A stretch of DNA of 13,914 nt, taken from contig JARRQT010000065.1 in NCBI GenBank assembly GCA_037381445.1, forward strand, positions 1-13,914. Reading direction: 5' to 3'. Every line of letters begins with the position of its first letter. The first letter of the stretch is position 1. This stretch comes from Calditrichia bacterium. GTDB lineage: Bacteria > Calditrichota > Calditrichia > RBG-13-44-9. A program made the position numbers and the translations under genes. A model generated the notes under the pieces. The model ran no database searches and had not been told where the DNA came from. It saw only the letters and a program-made list of their open reading frames with translations. Below, piece after piece: positions 1-7,758 of the stretch.

Positions 1-86
1 GTCGCCGCGAACCGATTCGTGTATCCGGCGTTATGATTAAATATTGCTATATTTCGAATTGTCTTTTGAGAAGGAAAAGCGGAAAG

Positions 87-1709
87 ATGAGGAAGCGGGA
101 GTACAAAGCTGATGTGGTCATTATTGGCGGCGGCCTGGCCGGTATCGCCACGGCATTTGAACTGCTGGATCATCACAAAAAAGTGATTATCCTGGACCGT
201 GATAAGGAGGAAAATTTTGGCGGCCTGGCCAAAGAATCATTCGGCGGGGTGATGATGGTAGACACGCCCCTGCAGCGAAAATCACGGATCAAGGACAGCC
301 CCGAACTGGCGCTTGCCGACTGGCTCAGCTATGCCGAATTTGAAGGAACGGACCGCTGGCCCGCCAAATGGGCGGAAGTCTATGTGAACACCTCCCTGGA
401 AATGATATACCGCTGGCTTACCGAAAGGTCGGTTACATTTCTGCCGGTGGTGAACTGGCCGGAACGGGGACTTTTTCATCCCGGCAACTCCGTGCCCCGC
501 TGGCATATCGCCTGGGGGACCGGCTATGGTATTATTGAATCCCTGCTGGGACATCTGAAAAAGCATCCCAATTTCAAAGATTTGCGGCTCTGCTTTGGTC
601 ACAGGGTGAATCAGTTGACTTCTCATAATGGTGAAATTCAGGGCTGCGCGGGAATCCTGGAAGAAACGGGCGAAGAGTTCAGCGCAGAGGGCGGGGCAGT
701 GGTAGTGGCGTCCGGCGGCATCTGCGGCGGCGATCTGAGCAAGGTGCGCGAAAACTGGTACAGGCCCTGGGGCGACCCCCCGAAAACAATTCTGAACGGT
801 TCACATCCCTACGCGGACGGCATGGTGCAGGATGTGGTCGGGGAACTGGGCGGCAACATTACCCACCTGGACAAACACTGGCATTATGCGGCGGGAATAT
901 TTTTCCCCAATTCCGACCGGCCCATGCACGGGCTGAGCCTGGTGCCGCCCCGTTCCGCCCTGTGGATGAATGCACTGGGCGAGCGCATCGGTCCCGTGCC
1001 GCTGATGGGATACACCGACACCCGCTATCTAGTGGAACAGATCTGCAGACAGCCCGGCCAGTATTCCTGGCAAATCCTGAACCGGAAGATCGCCGTGCGG
1101 GAGCTGGCTGTTTCCGGCAGCCATTATATGACCGCCTTCCGCGAGAAAAGAAAACTGCGCATGGTCTGGGAGCTTCTCTTCGGAAACAAGAATCTCACCC
1201 GGCGGCTGATCCGCGAATCCGGGGATTTTGTCACCGCGAATTCCCTGCCTGAACTTGCCGAACGTATGAATGAAAAGAATGGCGAATACAGGATTGATCC
1301 AAATCTGCTGGAACGGGAAATCAGAATGTACGATGACCAGATTGACCGCGGCATCAAATTTTTTAATGATGATCAGTTGCGGCGGCTCATTAATTTCCGC
1401 GGTTACCGGGGCGACCGGCTGCGCATGTGCAGGTTCCAGAAAATAAACGATCCCAAAGCCTATCCGCTGATCGCCATCCGCGAATTTATTCTCAGCCGCA
1501 AGAGTCTGGGCGGCATCCAGACCGACCTGCAGTGCAGGGTGCTGAAAAAGGACGGCAGTCCCATCCCCGGTCTCTACGCTGCGGGCGAGGCGGCCGGTTT
1601 CGGCGGGGGCGGGATTCACGGCCTCCGTTCCCTGGAAGGCACCTTCCTGGGCGGCTGCGTGCTCACCGGCCGGCGGGCGGGAAAGGCAATCTCAGGAGAA
1701 AACTTATGA
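87..1709 (+). CDS. FAD-binding dehydrogenase (FAD_binding_2 / 3-ketosteroid dehydrogenase-like family of unknown substrate), ~540 aa
   Basis: N-terminal dinucleotide-binding motif DVVIIGGGLAG...ILDRD and C-terminal SLGGIQTD...IPGLYAAGEAAGFGGGGIHGLRSLEGTFLGGC, typical of this flavoprotein family. ATG at 87 (purine-rich AAGGAAAAGCGGAAAG upstream) is preferred over 33. Confidence 0.85.
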   Translation: MRKREYKADVVIIGGGLAGIATAFELLDHHKKVIILDRDKEENFGGLAKESFGGVMMVDTPLQRKSRIKDSPELALADWLSYAEFEGTDRWPAKWAEVYVNTSLEMIYRWLTERSVTFLPVVNWPERGLFHPGNSVPRWHIAWGTGYGIIESLLGHLKKHPNFKDLRLCFGHRVNQLTSHNGEIQGCAGILEETGEEFSAEGGAVVVASGGICGGDLSKVRENWYRPWGDPPKTILNGSHPYADGMVQDVVGELGGNITHLDKHWHYAAGIFFPNSDRPMHGLSLVPPRSALWMNALGERIGPVPLMGYTDTRYLVEQICRQPGQYSWQILNRKIAVRELAVSGSHYMTAFREKRKLRMVWELLFGNKNLTRRLIRESGDFVTANSLPELAERMNEKNGEYRIDPNLLEREIRMYDDQIDRGIKFFNDDQLRRLINFRGYRGDRLRMCRFQKINDPKAYPLIAIREFILSRKSLGGIQTDLQCRVLKKDGSPIPGLYAAGEAAGFGGGGIHGLRSLEGTFLGGCVLTGRRAGKAISGENL

Positions 1710-3457
1710 AAAATGAAAAGAAGACGCAGAGGAGCGGGGCGTGGCTGTGTGTTCATGCGCTGGAGCAACTGCCTGTTCAATACACCTTTGGCATTCCGGG
1801 TGTGCAGAATACAGAACTCTATGACGAATTGAACAAATCGGAGAAAATCCAGCCCGTGTTGGTGACCCACGAAGGCGGGGCCGCCTTTATGGCGGACGCC
1901 ATCAGCCGGACATCCGGCCAGATCGGCACGCTGGTCATTGTGCCTTCCGCCGGCGTCACCCACGCCATGAGCGGGATCGCGGAAGCCTACCTGGACGGCA
2001 TTCCCATGCTGATCATCTCGGGCGGCATCCGGCGGGATATTGACAAGTCTTTTCAACTGCACGAGTGGGACCAGCACCGCGCTCTGGCGTCGGTCACCAA
2101 AAAGACCACTTTAATCCGGAAACATGAGGAAATTGTGCCGGCAATTTTTGAATCCTACCGCGTTGCCGTGTCCGGCGAGCCGGGACCGGTTTTTATCGAA
2201 ATTCCGGTGGACATCCAGTTGTTTCGCGGGGAGGTGGCTGAATTGCCGGCATTCGAAATGCACCGCGAGACCGCAGAGATCGACCCCGCCAAAATTAAGC
2301 AGGCGGCGGACCTGATCAAAAAATCAAAATCGCCGGGAATGTTTTTAGGATGGGGCTGCCGGGACTGCACGGCGCAGGCGGTGGAATTGGCGGAACTGCT
2401 GGGGGCGCCGGTCTCCACCACCCTGCAGGGACTCAGCGTGTTTCCGGGGAATCATCCGCTGCATGCCGGCATGGGATTCGGTCCCAGCTCGGTGCCGGCG
2501 GCAGAGAATGCCTTTAAAAACTGTGACTGCCTGCTGGCTGTCGGCACCCGTTTCGGAGAGATTCCCACCGGCAGTTTCGGCGTTACGGTACCGGAAAACC
2601 TGATTCATATCGATATAAATCCCAATGTTTTCAATAAAAATTATCCGGCAAAGGTGGCCATCGAGGGAGACAGCGGTGAGGTCCTCACTGAATTAATCGC
2701 GGCCCTGAAAAAGGAGAATTACAAACCGCGGGCGTCAGGTCAGAAAATAAGAGAACAGATCCGGACGGACAAGGAAAAATATGTGAAGGAATGGAAATCT
2801 TCGCTGAACGAGCGGGTGAATCCGGCCCTGTTTTTCGAAGAATTGCGCAGGCAGTTGGCCGATGATGCCATTATGGCAGTGGACGACGGCAATCACACTT
2901 TCCTGGCGGAAGAGCTTTTCCCGGTATTGCAGTCCAGGTGCTTTATTTCTCCCACCGATTTCAACTGCATGGGGTACTGTGTGCCGGCAGCCATTGGGGC
3001 CAAACTGGCCAATCCCGGCGGACAGGTGGCGGGAATTGTGGGTGACGGAGCATTTCTGATGACCTGCATGGAAATACTGACCGCTACCACCCAAAATGCC
3101 GGAGTGGTTTATTTTGTATTTCATGACGGGGAGCTTTCCCAGATTTCGCAGGGACAGGAGATTCCCTACAACCGCAAGACCTGCACTATTTTGGGTGAAA
3201 TCAAACTGGAAGGTGTTGCCAGGGCAACCGGCGCTGCTTTTCTGGAAATGGCGCACAACAGTGACATCGAAACCCTGATCGGTTCTGCCCTGCAGACTGC
3301 CGCCAAAGGCCAGCCGGTGATCGTGGATGTGAATATCGATTACTCCCGCCGCACCCGCTTTACCAAAGGTGTGGTCGGCACCGTGCTGAAGAGATTTCCC
3401 CTGGGGGACAAGGTCAGGTTTGTGGGAAGGGCGTTTTGGCGGAAGGTAAGGGGGTAG
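1706..3457 (+). CDS. Thiamine diphosphate-dependent enzyme, acetolactate synthase large-subunit-like, ~583 aa
   Basis: TFGIPGVQN, catalytic Glu in THEGGAAFMADA, PGPVFIEIPVD, central IHIDIN, MGYCVPAAIGAKLA and ThDP motif GDGAFLMT. Start 1706 overlaps the upstream stop (ATGA), with AGGAG just upstream. Confidence 0.9.
   Translation: MKNEKKTQRSGAWLCVHALEQLPVQYTFGIPGVQNTELYDELNKSEKIQPVLVTHEGGAAFMADAISRTSGQIGTLVIVPSAGVTHAMSGIAEAYLDGIPMLIISGGIRRDIDKSFQLHEWDQHRALASVTKKTTLIRKHEEIVPAIFESYRVAVSGEPGPVFIEIPVDIQLFRGEVAELPAFEMHRETAEIDPAKIKQAADLIKKSKSPGMFLGWGCRDCTAQAVELAELLGAPVSTTLQGLSVFPGNHPLHAGMGFGPSSVPAAENAFKNCDCLLAVGTRFGEIPTGSFGVTVPENLIHIDINPNVFNKNYPAKVAIEGDSGEVLTELIAALKKENYKPRASGQKIREQIRTDKEKYVKEWKSSLNERVNPALFFEELRRQLADDAIMAVDDGNHTFLAEELFPVLQSRCFISPTDFNCMGYCVPAAIGAKLANPGGQVAGIVGDGAFLMTCMEILTATTQNAGVVYFVFHDGELSQISQGQEIPYNRKTCTILGEIKLEGVARATGAAFLEMAHNSDIETLIGSALQTAAKGQPVIVDVNIDYSRRTRFTKGVVGTVLKRFPLGDKVRFVGRAFWRKVRG
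3372..3457 (+). repeat. Direct repeat 1, copy in the intact gene (3' end of the ALS-like gene including TAG)
   Basis: 86 bp matching 4296-4381 at 80/86 positions by hand alignment. The first 19 bp (TGGTCGGCACCGTGCTGAA) are identical. Confidence 0.97.
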
Positions 3458-3638
3458 CAGTCGATTAGGGGAGCGAGTTCTGCCAGATTGTAATAATGAT
3501 ACTGCAAGAGAGCAAAGTCATAAGACTATAAAATCGATGTTTCTGTACAATGCAGTTTGAGAATTGCAACAGTCCGGCAGCATTGCAGATCTGCTAAGTG
3601 CAGGAATTTCAAATACCTCGATTTCATATGGCATTGGA

Positions 3639-3920
3639 TCAAGGCCGTTTTTCAGGATCCTGCCTATTGTCAAATACTGCATGTACTATGATTTCTGCTT
3701 TTTCTATGGAATAAAAAATAGAGAATGGAAACCTTCTGATAATAAACCTTCGAAGATTCGAGTGACTGATCTCGCACATTTCGGGAAAGTCGTTTATTGC
3801 TAATATCGCCACTTCAATACAATCAAGGAATTCGAACCCGAGGCCTCGCCTTTGCCTTTCATACCAGGTGAATGCGAATTCCAAATCATTTCTGGCGCGT
3901 TCTGTATAACGAAGTCTCAC
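3639..3920 (-). CDS. Type II toxin, RelE/ParE family, 93 aa
   Basis: MRLRYTERARNDL...WYERQRRGLGFEFLD...RRFPFSIFY...IIVHAVFDNRQDP is the characteristic RelE/ParE pattern. It overlaps the upstream antitoxin by 4 nt (3917-3920). Confidence 0.9.
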   Translation of the reverse strand: MRLRYTERARNDLEFAFTWYERQRRGLGFEFLDCIEVAILAINDFPEMCEISHSNLRRFIIRRFPFSIFYSIEKAEIIVHAVFDNRQDPEKRP

Positions 3921-4144
3921 TTATTCTTTTTCCTTATTTCGTTGTGAACATGCTTCCAGTCATGTAGTATCATTTTGCCGCTCTTATATTCTTCATATCG
4001 CTTATCCAATTCTGCTTTTTGCCATTCAGGTAAGGGCAGCTCTGAATTGCTGCGGGCTATTGAATCCCAAATATCCTCAACAAGAATGAGCTTTTCAGGC
4101 AAATCCAATTTGTCAATCTCTTTCATGATTTCATCTGGTTTCAT
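3917..4144 (-). CDS. Putative addiction-module antitoxin (TIGR02574 / Unstab_antitox-like), 75 aa
   Basis: EKLILVEDIWDSI...LPEWQKAELDKRYEEY...W pattern. AGGAG RBS at 4152-4156; directly upstream of the RelE/ParE gene. Confidence 0.88.
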   Translation of the reverse strand: MKPDEIMKEIDKLDLPEKLILVEDIWDSIARSNSELPLPEWQKAELDKRYEEYKSGKMILHDWKHVHNEIRKKNK

Positions 4145-4180
4145 ATGCTTTCTCCTGCTAGGTTATTTGAATTTAACGAA

Positions 4181-4209
4181 AATATAATAAAATCAGCTAT
4201 TAATAACAA
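4181..4209 (-). promoter_or_regulatory. Putative sigma70-type promoter of the TA operon
   Basis: On the minus strand, TTGTTA (4209-4204), a 17-nt spacer and TATATT (4186-4181), 36 nt upstream of the antitoxin ATG. The AT-rich context makes a chance match possible. Confidence 0.5.
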
Positions 4210-4295
4210 ATTGAATGGCCGAAATGATAGAATTGCAGCGTGTCGGAGTCTTTATGGATATCGGTTGCTCCTATTAGATGCGATTTACGAAAGAC

Positions 4296-4381
4296 TGGTC
4301 GGCACCGTGCTGAAAAGATTTCCGCTGGGCGACAAGGTCAGGTTTGTAGGAAGGGCGTTTTGGAGGAAGGTGAGGGGGTAG
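4296..4381 (+). repeat. Direct repeat 1, orphan copy of the ALS-like gene 3' end; decayed homology extends upstream to ~4254
   Basis: Encodes the same peptide VGTVLKRFPLGDKVRFVGRAFWRKVRG* as the intact gene, with 6 synonymous differences. 4254-4295 aligns to 3329-3371 with many substitutions, an in-frame TAG and a 1-nt deletion. Confidence 0.95.
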
Positions 4382-4387
4382 AGAATA

Positions 4388-4424
4388 TTCCGGCCCGGCA
4401 GCGGCAATATGCCGGCCGCCGGAA
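4388..4424. terminator. GC-rich hairpin between the orphan ALS 3' end and the convergent katG stop; possible terminator
   Basis: TTCCGGC-CCGGCA (4388-4400) pairs with TGCCGG-CC-GCCGGAA (4410-4424): 13-bp stem, 2-nt bulge, 9-nt loop. No clear U-tract. Confidence 0.45.
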
Positions 4425-4484
4425 CCGGAGGTTGGTTAATTTTCGCCATCTTGTCAGCAGCTCTCAGAGAGGTTTGTTCGATGA

Positions 4485-6695
<2,211 letters not shown>

Positions 6696-6755
6696 CTATT
6701 TTGAATGTATGCGTTTCTCTCCAATGCCAAAAAAATATAGATCACAATAAAAGAC

Positions 6756-6969
6756 AGCAAATGGAAACCAGGGGGCATTGCCTGCCATCTTTATTGAGTG
6801 ATCCTAAACGCAGCTCTTCAGTCACCTTAATCACTACCATCGTCGAGTCATCTGTCAGCGCCGCTTTGCCGTTCTGGAAAAGCCTACGGATAATTTGCCG
6901 GGCCGGTTTATTCGCATGTCTTTCCAATGATTTTATGATATTTTCGGTGCCGCAGGTTTCCGGATTTTC
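6756..6969 (-). repeat. Direct repeat 2, orphan diverged copy of the phosphatase gene 3' end plus ~40 bp of its downstream sequence
   Basis: Aligns to ~7529-7758, with identical blocks of 28 bp (6804-6831 = 7578-7605) and 22 bp (6898-6919 = 7687-7708). About 85% identity over 54 aligned codons by hand count, a 15-nt in-frame gap and a lost stop codon. Confidence 0.93.
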
Positions 6970-7004
6970 CTAATCTTTTCTATGATTGGATCATTTGTCT
7001 CCAT
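6933..7004 (-). pseudogene. Truncated small partner (putative antitoxin) gene of the PIN toxin
   Basis: ATG at 7004 follows the reconstructed PIN stop (7008-7006), with AGGAG at 7015-7011. METNDPIIEKIRKIR resembles the 'DPIIEEIRKIR' small proteins I recall downstream of this PIN subfamily. It runs into the orphan repeat after ~15 codons and stops. Confidence 0.6.
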
Positions 7005-7005
7005 T

Positions 7006-7478
7006 TTATTCTCCTACTGATTCGATGGGTATTACCAACAAAGGCACAAGAAGGTCAGAATGTTATTCACACGCCCGATGTGAGGGTACTATTGGCGTGT
7101 GCTAAATACCTGCAATTCCGGTAAGCAAAAAATCGTATCTATGATATGCAGCCAAAGCAAGACGGAGGGGTTTTTCACTGGATCGGACGGCATTACTTTC
7201 TGCTGAATGCAGAACCGGACAATCTCGAGGATTTCCGGATCAATTCCCATCAGCGGCAGATCATTCATTAGGTTCAATACCTTCCTGCATTTGTCAGCAG
7301 CATAATCCCTGGAGTTTAGCCCATCCAGCACAGCGGGGCCGGTAGCTGCAGAAAATTTTTTTCTTTGATAGTCCCGCCACACCTTAGTCCATTCCCGACG
7401 AGCTGCCGCGTCCGGTTCGGATTGTTCATTGCAATAAAAGCCGGGAATGGTGGTCTCAATGTATACCTTGGGTCTCAT
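7006..7478 (-). pseudogene. PIN-domain (VapC-like) toxin pseudogene with about four frameshifts
   Basis: N-terminus MRPKVYIETTIPGFY is PIN-type. C-terminal motifs are recovered in successive frames: LRLALAAYHRYDFLLT, (W)NCRYLAHAN, HIGRVNNIL and LLVPLLVIPIESVGE*. Confidence 0.82.
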
Positions 7479-7528
7479 CGTAGATTCAAGTTTTTATCTA
7501 TTGGAAATTAAACTCTACTTCGAAGGAT

Positions 7529-7758
7529 AGCAAATGGAAAGTAGGGGGGCGTCGCCAACTATCTCACTATTCTGATTCTAAACGCAGCTCTTCAGTCACC
7601 TTAATGACCACCATTGTCAAATCATCAGCTAGCGGCGTATTCCCGGCCCAGCTTTTGCCGTCCTCGTAAAGTCCCCGGATAATTTCCCGGGCCGGTTTAT
7701 TCGCATGTTGTTCCAGTGATTTCATGACATTTTCGGTGCCGTAGGTTTCCCGCTTTTC
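7529..7758 (-). repeat. Direct repeat 2, copy in the intact phosphatase gene and its downstream flank
   Basis: Partner of 6756-6969 (offset 774 bp on one side of the 15-nt gap and 789 bp on the other). Confidence 0.93.

Larger units (their letters stand above)
3372..4381. mobile_element. Putative TA-only inserted islet (924-bp unit) bounded by direct repeats of the target gene 3' end
   Basis: Repeat offset is exactly 924 bp. The interior is visibly more AT-rich than the flanking genes and holds only the TA pair. No recombinase is encoded, so mobility is inferred. Confidence 0.6.

Noticed and set aside
1427..1705. 93-aa N-terminal extension of the ALS-like ORF
   Set aside because: It overlaps the conserved C-terminus of the dehydrogenase; an RBS and ATGA coupling support 1706.
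3458..3638. Integron attC site or IS end beside the TA pair; palindrome GCAGATCTGC at 3585-3594
   Set aside because: I found no attC-like extended inverted repeat, terminal inverted repeats or short target duplication. A single 10-bp palindrome is expected by chance.
3372..4381. Template/variable repeat pair of a diversity-generating retroelement
   Set aside because: Differences are not adenine-specific (they include C/G swaps), are all synonymous, and there is no reverse transcriptase in the window.
4145..4381. 78-aa ORF ending in the ALS C-terminal peptide
   Set aside because: Its ATG is back-to-back with the antitoxin start (CATATG), it has no evident RBS, and it crosses the TA promoter. 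It is probably incidental read-in to the orphan repeat. Ribosome profiling showing translation would offer another explanation for the silent-only pattern.
6742..6927. 61-aa ORF resembling the phosphatase C-terminus
   Set aside because: It is the orphan repeat read from an internal TTG. It lacks most of the catalytic domain and is not an independent gene.
7089..7478. Intact 129-aa PIN protein as given in the ORF track
   Set aside because: After ...MPSDPVK the family motifs continue in other frames, so the ORF tail is out of frame. Called as a pseudogene instead.
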